The notes beneath the pieces were generated by a model that saw only the letters and a list, made by a program, of their open reading frames with translations, searched no databases and had not been told where the DNA came from. A program made the position numbers and the translations under genes. This document shows positions 12,859 to 25,663 of a stretch of 64,000 bases of DNA, in pieces. The first letter of the stretch is position 1. The number at the start of each line of letters is the position of its first letter. The stretch is from contig OZ374558.1 of NCBI GenBank assembly GCA_977862235.1, forward strand, positions 744,001-808,000. The letters are read 5' to 3'. Source of the stretch: Dudresnaya verticillata (taxonomy: Eukaryota).

Positions 12859-14308
12859 AAGATTGAAATTGCGTGTTTGCCTTACGGAAAATCTTTGGGA
12901 AGGATGGCTATCGTCGAAGAAATTGTTTCGTTGAGGTGCTTCCCCCTTCCTAAACGTACAGCTCTTGCTTTCTACACATGTTGAGTAAATAGATTTTATC
13001 GCCCTTGCTTTGCAAAAATGAAGCTACGCACTTGCCGAAAAATGGCTCTCTTCTCTGTCGATGGCGGAGAAGAACACAACTCACGACCAACCTGTTTAGC
13101 GTAATGAGCGATGCTCCACAGCTTTTCTTGAACAAAGTTGAAGTTCTCAAGGGAAGCAATAAGTCATCTTGCTCCCACTGACAGCTACAGCAACGAACCT
13201 AACAGTATTGACGAACAATGAGTAACGGGACGAAGTTGTTGATGCCTTAACGGCAGTCTATGCCTCGCCTTCTATTGTACAGTACGCATTTAACATATTC
13301 CGATGCAGTACCCAGGGGACTTGTATACAGACTTCTACTGGTTTCGCATAGCTCTTTAAACTTCGCTTACGAATAAGGCTAATATACTGCAAAGGTGATT
13401 AGGTCATATATTTATGCGCACCTGGCGCTATCCGTACAAGTAATATTGAACTGTGATATTTAGAAGCTATTGCGGCGGTTTCTTGTCGGTTCGGGCGCAG
13501 CATTTCATTTCGGCGTGGAAGGAGTTGGTTGTTCCACTGCACAAGCGTCCCAAATGTTACACAACAGTCGTTGTACAAGTGTAGAATCAACGGGCCCTGG
13601 AGAAGAATCTTCGCACCACAAGCAGGTGGGGCCGAAAACAATTGACGGTCGAGGAATGGCCAGAAGGCCCTTACTTCAGTTTGATCACGGTCCGAGCTTC
13701 ATAATTGCCAGGGCCTGGAAAAAACATTACGGTCGTCAAGGTGAGTGAAGCGAAGTAAAGAAAAAGTTGTGAATTCGAAAGAGAGATAGAAGTAGGATAA
13801 TCTTGAAGGGCACGAGAAGCACCACAGTGCCAAGACTTGGTGGTGGCAAGGCTCAATATCACAGAGCGTTTTTTCCGCCCTCCAAGATGCTGTAGAGTGT
13901 GATCAGAGTGCGATGTAATTATGCTGCATTAGCACATAGCCGTACGGACCGTGAGTGGCCCCAATGACACTCGTAGATCCGCAATTTTCGGGGCGGGACA
14001 GTTTCGAGCATGAAATGCTTACAATTGTTGGGCGGGACATTTTTGAGAGCAAACAGGTCATCATCATCACAGTTTTATTCTTCCCACGGACTTATCCTAT
14101 CCTCACTCATCGGCCAGCGTCGGCTGCTTCGCGCAAATCGTCACGTCAACCTGCTTGCTCATAAATGTACTATTCCGCATAAGGACAGAGTCTTCGCCTC
14201 AGTCTTTGGCACCCACAGCACACAAACTTTCCCAGGCCCACTCTGCTACTCATCGAACAACACATCCAGACTTGAACACTCCGTCGCAGTAACACACAAG
14301 TTGCCGAG

Positions 14309-15277
14309 ATGCGCAAGAGGAGGAGACTGCTTTCTTCCAAGCAGCGAAAGGACTTCGAGTCGGCCAAGGAGGCTGAATCTCGAGGAGGGGATCGTGCCAG
14401 TGCGAGAAGCATAGAGAAGAAGGTCACGGCCCCGAACATGGTGTGCGCCAGCAAAGCGAACCCACCTCACCCAGCTAAAGATGCTGTCCGGAAACTAACC
14501 GCAGTTGCCGGTAACCAGGATGGATTAGATTCCGAGCATATCGCTGACGTCATGCAGGACAATCCGCCGAAGCTCCTGGAACGAGCTTCCGACTCCATAC
14601 GGCCCGTGCATTGGGATCCTAAGAGCGGTATCAAGAGCACCGGAGAAGGGGGACGTGGGAGGGAGCGCCTTCGTTTTGAACGGAAGGAAACAGTCCCGGA
14701 AGATCAGAAAAGTAAGGGTTGGTGTTCAAGGGCAGGCGAAGGAGCGTACGACAAAACCAAAGTTGAACAAGGCGATAAGGAGGTTACTGAGGATGACATT
14801 GAAGTTGTCGAGGAGCCGTATAGACTTATTGAACTCGAAAAGGACGCACATGGGAGAGTTATTCGGCTACATGTTCGGGAGACGGGAGTAGACCCAGAAT
14901 CAGTGAACGAAGATGAAAAGCTGTGCAGACGCGACGCTCTCTGCACAATTGAATCAGATGAGGATGAGACGAACGGTCTACTCCGCCTGAAGACTGTAGA
15001 AGAGATGAAACCTGGATATGAATCGAGGTTTGTTGCTGCGCAGAAAAAGAAGGCTCGGGAAATGCGGCGGACGTTTAAGAAAAACTTGGCAAGCCTTTCG
15101 GAGAAGCAGAGGGAGGTTGTAAGGAACCAGCTCATGTCCCGCTCTCGACTTCCGACATTGCGAACTCCTGCAGATTGGAAAAAGTTGCAAAATACAGCGG
15201 ACAAAGCTAACGAGAAAGCTCGCCTAGCCGTTGAGAAACTATGGGCTCAAGACAGCGATGAAGAGGGATCTGAATAA
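14309..15277 (+). CDS. ORF-A copy 4
   Basis: Translation identical to copy 1. Confidence 0.65.
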   Translation: MRKRRRLLSSKQRKDFESAKEAESRGGDRASARSIEKKVTAPNMVCASKANPPHPAKDAVRKLTAVAGNQDGLDSEHIADVMQDNPPKLLERASDSIRPVHWDPKSGIKSTGEGGRGRERLRFERKETVPEDQKSKGWCSRAGEGAYDKTKVEQGDKEVTEDDIEVVEEPYRLIELEKDAHGRVIRLHVRETGVDPESVNEDEKLCRRDALCTIESDEDETNGLLRLKTVEEMKPGYESRFVAAQKKKAREMRRTFKKNLASLSEKQREVVRNQLMSRSRLPTLRTPADWKKLQNTADKANEKARLAVEKLWAQDSDEEGSE

Positions 15278-16733
15278 AAGTACGCAAAGAAGAAGTTGTT
15301 GGGGCAGACCAACAGCGAATCGGTCCGACCACCATCCCGCCTTTAGCTTCAGGTGTTTCGTCGTACATTGCGCTTGACTATGTTTCGGTTCGGGTCCCTG
15401 GGCTGAGCGTTAGTACTTTTAGAGTAGAGACAATGTGAGTAAAGAGGAAAAGGTAGAAATCGCACTAATCCCGGGTGTAACAAAAATAAGTAAGTGATAC
15501 TACTGTTGAGCATAATTCTCCATTATGTTTAAGCGATACTATAATCGGAAAGGAGAACTAGCGGGTCTGTTTCGCACAAGAGTCTAACGGGCCAAGAGGA
15601 ATGGCAAGACGACGGCGAATAATTGTGAAGGATTGATAGTAGTGGAATGAGGGAGGGACTTTTAGACGTATAGGGGAGGCAGCCAAGCCTTGTGGTATTC
15701 CAGATGTGAAGCTACGGCCTTTAATACATACATATCCATTCGGACGTCTTCTTGTAGAGTGATAGGCCCTGCACCTCGCTGAGCCGTCAACAGTGTGGAC
15801 GACGTCCTTTGTAAGGTATTTCTACGCTGTAATGGCCTTTGGAGCGCCACCACGCGCTGCTGGTGGCGCGGCAGCGAGCTCGCGACGAAGAGGGGTGAAC
15901 TAGCGGTGAAGTGAGTGAAGGGTGGAAGAGAACACAACGCGATCGGCATCCGTTGTGATGTGGGAATCCGGACGGGAACCCGCAACACCACCGGCCTACC
16001 TGGCTTGGCTCAGATTAGAGGCGCTGCCCAAAGTTGGCGAAACATCCTATAGAAACCCTATGAATAGACTGAGAATCTCTTCTAGAGCATCAGTCATAGT
16101 ACCAAGGTCATGAGTAGGCGGCGGCGATTAACACTGGCCATAGGGGACTGGCGATCCACGACGGATCAGGCGTTGTGTTTTCACGTGGAGCATGCGCGTC
16201 TGTGAGCGCCGCGTGGGAGTGGGCGTAGTATAGCAACAGACTATAGCATTTGCTATTGCAAGACAGAACCAAGGACGTTAACTGTATAGACATTTAACGT
16301 AGTATTCTAGCTCGTAGACGTTAACGCTCATAGACCTTCACACTCTAAATCATCAGCCCAACAAGTACACCGCTAATGTGAATTCAAGCGATCAAACCTT
16401 GACTACTCAAATGGTAAATGCCTTCACACTCTATGACGACTTACCCATCAGATTTATCACGAAAAAGAAACACTAGAGAAGGTCCTCGACCACGAGACGT
16501 AATGGTGCAGCCGACGATGCCTGTGTGAATCAGCCTGACAAGATATCCGCAAGACTAATATAAATATTATGGATTCCCCCTAATGACATCGAAGAACAAC
16601 CGTACCACTATCGCTTCTTCCCACTCCGCCTCTGCTTCAACCCAAAAGCCTATATCATTCTTTGCATTGAGTTTGAATCTTCCTTATAAGTTACACTTCC
16701 CCAATTTCAATCACTATTCAATCACTAGTCGCA

Positions 16734-17621
16734 ATGTCTGAAGCATCCAAGACAATCGATATTGCGACCGACCCTTCCCGTTCGAGAAGTTCTTGCAGAC
16801 TGTGTAACGTGAGTTTGAGTGCAGTCCAAAGCGTTGTAAGACTTCCTAAATTGGATACGCCAATGGAGACTTCAAAGAAGGGATACCAACAAAACAGCCG
16901 GCGTGCTTCAAAATTGTCGACAAACGCTTCACTTCAATTAGAAACCCAATCAAACAGAGTTGTCTCTGTAGTAAAGTCAGTGCCCCTTGGTACGGAGGAG
17001 TTGAAGAAGACTTCTCTAGAGATTCTCCTCCGTACAAACGAGACAAGAATAGCTTCTGGAAAATCAGGCCTGGCCTGGAATAAGGAGCTTTCTAAAGTCG
17101 CGGAAAGGTGGGCTAAGGACATGTGCAAAGGTACTACTTCACCTCTCTGTATTGGAAATCGCGATGACATGAATATTGCAAAGATGTAAGTTGTTCAAAC
17201 GTTCCCTTTCCTATTCCGGCGATTGGCAAGCGTAAAACTTTTCGTTGGTTTCTAACACGCTGTTTTACTCCCAATCCATTGAGGACTACTCTACAGCCGA
17301 ATTGGACTTTCGCAGGCAGATGGGTCCTCTAAAGGCCACAGCAGCTGCAATTTACACCAGTCTGGTGAAGCTTTATCCAGAATGAACTCTTCGAAATGGA
17401 GATCTTGCGGTGTTGGTGTCTTTGGGGGCAATGAGTATGTATACATAGTTCAGATATTCAGCAAGGGTAGGGGAAATAGGACTCATGCAGAATCGGTTCG
17501 AGCACACACAAGACCAGCTACATCAGTTCGATCAAACAGTGATGAAGAGATGAAATCATCGTGTGGAACTCTGGTAAGCTCTGCAGTGTCGATGATTTTA
17601 AACGTTTGGCGACGGGATTAG
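16734..17621 (+). CDS. CAP-domain protein copy 4 (intron 17186-17296)
   Basis: Copy 1 shifted by +14289. Confidence 0.85.
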
Positions 17622-19071
17622 AAGATTGAAATTGCGTGTTTGCCTTACGGAAAATCTTTGGGAAGGATGGCTATCGTCGAAGAAATTGTTTCGTTGAGGT
17701 GCTTCCCCCTTCCTAAACGTACAGCTCTTGCTTTCTACACATGTTGAGTAAATAGATTTTATCGCCCTTGCTTTGCAAAAATGAAGCTACGCACTTGCCG
17801 AAAAATGGCTCTCTTCTCTGTCGATGGCGGAGAAGAACACAACTCACGACCAACCTGTTTAGCGTAATGAGCGATGCTCCACAGCTTTTCTTGAACAAAG
17901 TTGAAGTTCTCAAGGGAAGCAATAAGTCATCTTGCTCCCACTGACAGCTACAGCAACGAACCTAACAGTATTGACGAACAATGAGTAACGGGACGAAGTT
18001 GTTGATGCCTTAACGGCAGTCTATGCCTCGCCTTCTATTGTACAGTACGCATTTAACATATTCCGATGCAGTACCCAGGGGACTTGTATACAGACTTCTA
18101 CTGGTTTCGCATAGCTCTTTAAACTTCGCTTACGAATAAGGCTAATATACTGCAAAGGTGATTAGGTCATATATTTATGCGCACCTGGCGCTATCCGTAC
18201 AAGTAATATTGAACTGTGATATTTAGAAGCTATTGCGGCGGTTTCTTGTCGGTTCGGGCGCAGCATTTCATTTCGGCGTGGAAGGAGTTGGTTGTTCCAC
18301 TGCACAAGCGTCCCAAATGTTACACAACAGTCGTTGTACAAGTGTAGAATCAACGGGCCCTGGAGAAGAATCTTCGCACCACAAGCAGGTGGGGCCGAAA
18401 ACAATTGACGGTCGAGGAATGGCCAGAAGGCCCTTACTTCAGTTTGATCACGGTCCGAGCTTCATAATTGCCAGGGCCTGGAAAAAACATTACGGTCGTC
18501 AAGGTGAGTGAAGCGAAGTAAAGAAAAAGTTGTGAATTCGAAAGAGAGATAGAAGTAGGATAATCTTGAAGGGCACGAGAAGCACCACAGTGCCAAGACT
18601 TGGTGGTGGCAAGGCTCAATATCACAGAGCGTTTTTTCCGCCCTCCAAGATGCTGTAGAGTGTGATCAGAGTGCGATGTAATTATGCTGCATTAGCACAT
18701 AGCCGTACGGACCGTGAGTGGCCCCAATGACACTCGTAGATCCGCAATTTTCGGGGCGGGACAGTTTCGAGCATGAAATGCTTACAATTGTTGGGCGGGA
18801 CATTTTTGAGAGCAAACAGGTCATCATCATCACAGTTTTATTCTTCCCACGGACTTATCCTATCCTCACTCATCGGCCAGCGTCGGCTGCTTCGCGCAAA
18901 TCGTCACGTCAACCTGCTTGCTCATAAATGTACTATTCCGCATAAGGACAGAGTCTTCGCCTCAGTCTTTGGCACCCACAGCACACAAACTTTCCCAGGC
19001 CCACTCTGCTACTCATCGAACAACACATCCAGACTTGAACACTCCGTCGCAGTAACACACAAGTTGCCGAG

Positions 19072-20040
19072 ATGCGCAAGAGGAGGAGACTGCTTTCTTC
19101 CAAGCAGCGAAAGGACTTCGAGTCGGCCAAGGAGGCTGAATCTCGAGGAGGGGATCGTGCCAGTGCGAGAAGCATAGAGAAGAAGGTCACGGCCCCGAAC
19201 ATGGTGTGCGCCAGCAAAGCGAACCCACCTCACCCAGCTAAAGATGCTGTCCGGAAACTAACCGCAGTTGCCGGTAACCAGGATGGATTAGATTCCGAGC
19301 ATATCGCTGACGTCATGCAGGACAATCCGCCGAAGCTCCTGGAACGAGCTTCCGACTCCATACGGCCCGTGCATTGGGATCCTAAGAGCGGTATCAAGAG
19401 CACCGGAGAAGGGGGACGTGGGAGGGAGCGCCTTCGTTTTGAACGGAAGGAAACAGTCCCGGAAGATCAGAAAAGTAAGGGTTGGTGTTCAAGGGCAGGC
19501 GAAGGAGCGTACGACAAAACCAAAGTTGAACAAGGCGATAAGGAGGTTACTGAGGATGACATTGAAGTTGTCGAGGAGCCGTATAGACTTATTGAACTCG
19601 AAAAGGACGCACATGGGAGAGTTATTCGGCTACATGTTCGGGAGACGGGAGTAGACCCAGAATCAGTGAACGAAGATGAAAAGCTGTGCAGACGCGACGC
19701 TCTCTGCACAATTGAATCAGATGAGGATGAGACGAACGGTCTACTCCGCCTGAAGACTGTAGAAGAGATGAAACCTGGATATGAATCGAGGTTTGTTGCT
19801 GCGCAGAAAAAGAAGGCTCGGGAAATGCGGCGGACGTTTAAGAAAAACTTGGCAAGCCTTTCGGAGAAGCAGAGGGAGGTTGTAAGGAACCAGCTCATGT
19901 CCCGCTCTCGACTTCCGACATTGCGAACTCCTGCAGATTGGAAAAAGTTGCAAAATACAGCGGACAAAGCTAACGAGAAAGCTCGCCTAGCCGTTGAGAA
20001 ACTATGGGCTCAAGACAGCGATGAAGAGGGATCTGAATAA
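19072..20040 (+). CDS. ORF-A copy 5
   Basis: Translation identical to copy 1. Confidence 0.65.
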   Translation: MRKRRRLLSSKQRKDFESAKEAESRGGDRASARSIEKKVTAPNMVCASKANPPHPAKDAVRKLTAVAGNQDGLDSEHIADVMQDNPPKLLERASDSIRPVHWDPKSGIKSTGEGGRGRERLRFERKETVPEDQKSKGWCSRAGEGAYDKTKVEQGDKEVTEDDIEVVEEPYRLIELEKDAHGRVIRLHVRETGVDPESVNEDEKLCRRDALCTIESDEDETNGLLRLKTVEEMKPGYESRFVAAQKKKAREMRRTFKKNLASLSEKQREVVRNQLMSRSRLPTLRTPADWKKLQNTADKANEKARLAVEKLWAQDSDEEGSE

Positions 20041-21496
20041 AAGTACGCAAAGAAGAAGTTGTTGGGGCAGACCAACAGCGAATCGGTCCGACCACCATCC
20101 CGCCTTTAGCTTCAGGTGTTTCGTCGTACATTGCGCTTGACTATGTTTCGGTTCGGGTCCCTGGGCTGAGCGTTAGTACTTTTAGAGTAGAGACAATGTG
20201 AGTAAAGAGGAAAAGGTAGAAATCGCACTAATCCCGGGTGTAACAAAAATAAGTAAGTGATACTACTGTTGAGCATAATTCTCCATTATGTTTAAGCGAT
20301 ACTATAATCGGAAAGGAGAACTAGCGGGTCTGTTTCGCACAAGAGTCTAACGGGCCAAGAGGAATGGCAAGACGACGGCGAATAATTGTGAAGGATTGAT
20401 AGTAGTGGAATGAGGGAGGGACTTTTAGACGTATAGGGGAGGCAGCCAAGCCTTGTGGTATTCCAGATGTGAAGCTACGGCCTTTAATACATACATATCC
20501 ATTCGGACGTCTTCTTGTAGAGTGATAGGCCCTGCACCTCGCTGAGCCGTCAACAGTGTGGACGACGTCCTTTGTAAGGTATTTCTACGCTGTAATGGCC
20601 TTTGGAGCGCCACCACGCGCTGCTGGTGGCGCGGCAGCGAGCTCGCGACGAAGAGGGGTGAACTAGCGGTGAAGTGAGTGAAGGGTGGAAGAGAACACAA
20701 CGCGATCGGCATCCGTTGTGATGTGGGAATCCGGACGGGAACCCGCAACACCACCGGCCTACCTGGCTTGGCTCAGATTAGAGGCGCTGCCCAAAGTTGG
20801 CGAAACATCCTATAGAAACCCTATGAATAGACTGAGAATCTCTTCTAGAGCATCAGTCATAGTACCAAGGTCATGAGTAGGCGGCGGCGATTAACACTGG
20901 CCATAGGGGACTGGCGATCCACGACGGATCAGGCGTTGTGTTTTCACGTGGAGCATGCGCGTCTGTGAGCGCCGCGTGGGAGTGGGCGTAGTATAGCAAC
21001 AGACTATAGCATTTGCTATTGCAAGACAGAACCAAGGACGTTAACTGTATAGACATTTAACGTAGTATTCTAGCTCGTAGACGTTAACGCTCATAGACCT
21101 TCACACTCTAAATCATCAGCCCAACAAGTACACCGCTAATGTGAATTCAAGCGATCAAACCTTGACTACTCAAATGGTAAATGCCTTCACACTCTATGAC
21201 GACTTACCCATCAGATTTATCACGAAAAAGAAACACTAGAGAAGGTCCTCGACCACGAGACGTAATGGTGCAGCCGACGATGCCTGTGTGAATCAGCCTG
21301 ACAAGATATCCGCAAGACTAATATAAATATTATGGATTCCCCCTAATGACATCGAAGAACAACCGTACCACTATCGCTTCTTCCCACTCCGCCTCTGCTT
21401 CAACCCAAAAGCCTATATCATTCTTTGCATTGAGTTTGAATCTTCCTTATAAGTTACACTTCCCCAATTTCAATCACTATTCAATCACTAGTCGCA

Positions 21497-22384
21497 ATGT
21501 CTGAAGCATCCAAGACAATCGATATTGCGACCGACCCTTCCCGTTCGAGAAGTTCTTGCAGACTGTGTAACGTGAGTTTGAGTGCAGTCCAAAGCGTTGT
21601 AAGACTTCCTAAATTGGATACGCCAATGGAGACTTCAAAGAAGGGATACCAACAAAACAGCCGGCGTGCTTCAAAATTGTCGACAAACGCTTCACTTCAA
21701 TTAGAAACCCAATCAAACAGAGTTGTCTCTGTAGTAAAGTCAGTGCCCCTTGGTACGGAGGAGTTGAAGAAGACTTCTCTAGAGATTCTCCTCCGTACAA
21801 ACGAGACAAGAATAGCTTCTGGAAAATCAGGCCTGGCCTGGAATAAGGAGCTTTCTAAAGTCGCGGAAAGGTGGGCTAAGGACATGTGCAAAGGTACTAC
21901 TTCACCTCTCTGTATTGGAAATCGCGATGACATGAATATTGCAAAGATGTAAGTTGTTCAAACGTTCCCTTTCCTATTCCGGCGATTGGCAAGCGTAAAA
22001 CTTTTCGTTGGTTTCTAACACGCTGTTTTACTCCCAATCCATTGAGGACTACTCTACAGCCGAATTGGACTTTCGCAGGCAGATGGGTCCTCTAAAGGCC
22101 ACAGCAGCTGCAATTTACACCAGTCTGGTGAAGCTTTATCCAGAATGAACTCTTCGAAATGGAGATCTTGCGGTGTTGGTGTCTTTGGGGGCAATGAGTA
22201 TGTATACATAGTTCAGATATTCAGCAAGGGTAGGGGAAATAGGACTCATGCAGAATCGGTTCGAGCACACACAAGACCAGCTACATCAGTTCGATCAAAC
22301 AGTGATGAAGAGATGAAATCATCGTGTGGAACTCTGGTAAGCTCTGCAGTGTCGATGATTTTAAACGTTTGGCGACGGGATTAG
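21497..22384 (+). CDS. CAP-domain protein copy 5 (intron 21949-22059)
   Basis: Copy 1 shifted by +19052. Confidence 0.85.
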
Positions 22385-23834
22385 AAGATTGAAATTGCGT
22401 GTTTGCCTTACGGAAAATCTTTGGGAAGGATGGCTATCGTCGAAGAAATTGTTTCGTTGAGGTGCTTCCCCCTTCCTAAACGTACAGCTCTTGCTTTCTA
22501 CACATGTTGAGTAAATAGATTTTATCGCCCTTGCTTTGCAAAAATGAAGCTACGCACTTGCCGAAAAATGGCTCTCTTCTCTGTCGATGGCGGAGAAGAA
22601 CACAACTCACGACCAACCTGTTTAGCGTAATGAGCGATGCTCCACAGCTTTTCTTGAACAAAGTTGAAGTTCTCAAGGGAAGCAATAAGTCATCTTGCTC
22701 CCACTGACAGCTACAGCAACGAACCTAACAGTATTGACGAACAATGAGTAACGGGACGAAGTTGTTGATGCCTTAACGGCAGTCTATGCCTCGCCTTCTA
22801 TTGTACAGTACGCATTTAACATATTCCGATGCAGTACCCAGGGGACTTGTATACAGACTTCTACTGGTTTCGCATAGCTCTTTAAACTTCGCTTACGAAT
22901 AAGGCTAATATACTGCAAAGGTGATTAGGTCATATATTTATGCGCACCTGGCGCTATCCGTACAAGTAATATTGAACTGTGATATTTAGAAGCTATTGCG
23001 GCGGTTTCTTGTCGGTTCGGGCGCAGCATTTCATTTCGGCGTGGAAGGAGTTGGTTGTTCCACTGCACAAGCGTCCCAAATGTTACACAACAGTCGTTGT
23101 ACAAGTGTAGAATCAACGGGCCCTGGAGAAGAATCTTCGCACCACAAGCAGGTGGGGCCGAAAACAATTGACGGTCGAGGAATGGCCAGAAGGCCCTTAC
23201 TTCAGTTTGATCACGGTCCGAGCTTCATAATTGCCAGGGCCTGGAAAAAACATTACGGTCGTCAAGGTGAGTGAAGCGAAGTAAAGAAAAAGTTGTGAAT
23301 TCGAAAGAGAGATAGAAGTAGGATAATCTTGAAGGGCACGAGAAGCACCACAGTGCCAAGACTTGGTGGTGGCAAGGCTCAATATCACAGAGCGTTTTTT
23401 CCGCCCTCCAAGATGCTGTAGAGTGTGATCAGAGTGCGATGTAATTATGCTGCATTAGCACATAGCCGTACGGACCGTGAGTGGCCCCAATGACACTCGT
23501 AGATCCGCAATTTTCGGGGCGGGACAGTTTCGAGCATGAAATGCTTACAATTGTTGGGCGGGACATTTTTGAGAGCAAACAGGTCATCATCATCACAGTT
23601 TTATTCTTCCCACGGACTTATCCTATCCTCACTCATCGGCCAGCGTCGGCTGCTTCGCGCAAATCGTCACGTCAACCTGCTTGCTCATAAATGTACTATT
23701 CCGCATAAGGACAGAGTCTTCGCCTCAGTCTTTGGCACCCACAGCACACAAACTTTCCCAGGCCCACTCTGCTACTCATCGAACAACACATCCAGACTTG
23801 AACACTCCGTCGCAGTAACACACAAGTTGCCGAG

Positions 23835-24803
23835 ATGCGCAAGAGGAGGAGACTGCTTTCTTCCAAGCAGCGAAAGGACTTCGAGTCGGCCAAGGAGGCT
23901 GAATCTCGAGGAGGGGATCGTGCCAGTGCGAGAAGCATAGAGAAGAAGGTCACGGCCCCGAACATGGTGTGCGCCAGCAAAGCGAACCCACCTCACCCAG
24001 CTAAAGATGCTGTCCGGAAACTAACCGCAGTTGCCGGTAACCAGGATGGATTAGATTCCGAGCATATCGCTGACGTCATGCAGGACAATCCGCCGAAGCT
24101 CCTGGAACGAGCTTCCGACTCCATACGGCCCGTGCATTGGGATCCTAAGAGCGGTATCAAGAGCACCGGAGAAGGGGGACGTGAGAGGGAGCGCCTTCGT
24201 TTTGAACGGAAGGAAACAGTCCCGGAAGATCAGAAAAGTAAGGGTTGGTGTTCAAGGGCAGGCGAAGGAGCGTACGACAAAACCAAAGTTGAACAAGGCG
24301 ATAAGGAGGTTACTGAGGATGACATTGAAGTTGTCGAGGAGCCGTATAGACTTATTGAACTCGAAAAGGACGCACATGGGAGAGTTATTCGGCTACATGT
24401 TCGGGAGACGGGAGTAGACCCAGAACCAGTGAACGAAGATGAAAAGCTGTGCAGACGCGACGCTCTCTGCACAATTGAATCAGATGAGGATGAGACGAAC
24501 GGTCTACTCCGCCTGAAGACTGTAGAAGAGATGAAACCTGGATATGAATCGAGGTTTGTTGCTGCGCAGAAAAAGAAGGCTCGGGAAATGCGGCGGACGT
24601 TTAAGAAAAACTTGGCAAGCCTTTCGGAGAAGCAGAGGGAGGTTGTAAGGAACCAGCTCATGTCCCGCTCTCGACTTCCGACATTGCGAACTCCTGCAGA
24701 TTGGAAAAAGTTGCAAAATACAGCGGACAAAGCTAACGAGAAAGCTCGCCTAGCCGTTGAGAAACTATGGGCTCAAGACAGCGATGAAGAGGGATCTGAA
24801 TAA
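23835..24803 (+). CDS. ORF-A copy 6, variant (G117E, S198P)
   Basis: Substitutions G>A at 24184 and T>C at 24426 relative to the other copies. Confidence 0.65.
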   Translation: MRKRRRLLSSKQRKDFESAKEAESRGGDRASARSIEKKVTAPNMVCASKANPPHPAKDAVRKLTAVAGNQDGLDSEHIADVMQDNPPKLLERASDSIRPVHWDPKSGIKSTGEGGRERERLRFERKETVPEDQKSKGWCSRAGEGAYDKTKVEQGDKEVTEDDIEVVEEPYRLIELEKDAHGRVIRLHVRETGVDPEPVNEDEKLCRRDALCTIESDEDETNGLLRLKTVEEMKPGYESRFVAAQKKKAREMRRTFKKNLASLSEKQREVVRNQLMSRSRLPTLRTPADWKKLQNTADKANEKARLAVEKLWAQDSDEEGSE

Positions 24804-24892
24804 AAGTACGCAAAGAAGAAGTTGTTGGGGCAGACCAACAGCGAATCGGTCCGACCCCCATCCCGCCATTAGCTTTAGGCATAGGAATACAG

Positions 24893-25005
24893 GAATGGGT
24901 ATGGTAGTAATTTGACAGTGGTAGCGGTAGCAGTCAACAGTATCTGGTAGATCAAAGTTTAGTAGAACAGTTGAGAAAAAGAATTGTATCTAGGTAGAGC
25001 TGTGT
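24893..25005 (+). repeat. Dispersed ~110-bp repeat, inverted partner of 36536-36645
   Basis: gaatgggtatggtag..ttgacagtggtagcggtagcagtcaa..gtagatcaaagtttagtagaaca..taggtagagctgtgt aligns by eye at roughly 80% with the reverse complement of 36536-36645. Confidence 0.85.
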
Positions 25006-25281
25006 TGAACCTTGTCTGGGTCAATCTGCTGTTCTCTTTAGATCTATGCTGTTGTCTATTGCTTATATAGAGAACCGGCACAGACAGAACATGCAGTTCT
25101 AGCGAAAGTGATATATCTTTCTAGAACAAATACTATTACAGGTTTATCCTTATTGCAATAGATATCATGTTGTGCGTTCGAGGATCTCTATCCTTGATGG
25201 CAAACATATCAAAGTATATCGACAAATGATATACAGTCTATATGTGCATCACACGTGTTACATAATAGGTAAATTGTTTAC

Positions 25282-25663
25282 GTTAAGGTGCACGATCCTG
25301 AGCATGCCTGTTTTGCTCGTTTGGATGTCCGGGGGATCAAATGCCATGGCCAGAGTCCACATTTCCAAAAAACCTTTTAAACTTGACATGTTCCAAAAAA
25401 ACCTTTTAAACTTGACTGTGGTACCGAAAAGTAAGGGGAAAGATTTGCAGCTTCGTCGAATGGGAGAAAGGATCCAGTCCTGGTTGTACAGATCCAAGTG
25501 TATTACGTGGGCTAGAAGCTTGATGACCAGCTCGTGCATTTTTGTTGTTTGCGTTGAAGCTTACCACGACAGCACAATAGTATCCCTTTCTCCAACGAAG
25601 CAGGATCTCATGGCCCTCAAGTTGCGTACCTGAAAGTACGCTAATGGGCTTTGGTGCCTCCAT
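25282..25663 (-). pseudogene. Broken copy of the Tudor-like gene
   Basis: Compared with 37351-37824 it has a 1-bp insertion near 25540 (frameshift), a ~28-bp tandem duplication at ~25360-25416, and has lost the 3' end at 25282. Confidence 0.8.

Larger units (their letters stand above)
1..24879 (+). repeat. Tandem array of a 4763-bp unit (5 full copies plus a 1064-bp partial copy; open at the left window edge)
   Basis: TAACACACAAGTTGCCGAGATG recurs at 1, 4764, 9527, 14290, 19053 and 23816. Every ORF recurs at +4763 with identical translation in copies 1-5. Similarity ends at 24879 (ttCAGGtgtt in the unit vs ttTAGGcata). Confidence 0.98.

Noticed and set aside
1..24879. Array as rDNA, 5S, snRNA or spliced-leader repeats, or as CRISPR
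   Set aside because: No recognisable RNA-gene sequence. ATCGCTTCT at ~2320 matches only the first 9 nt of U2. There is no short repeat-spacer structure.
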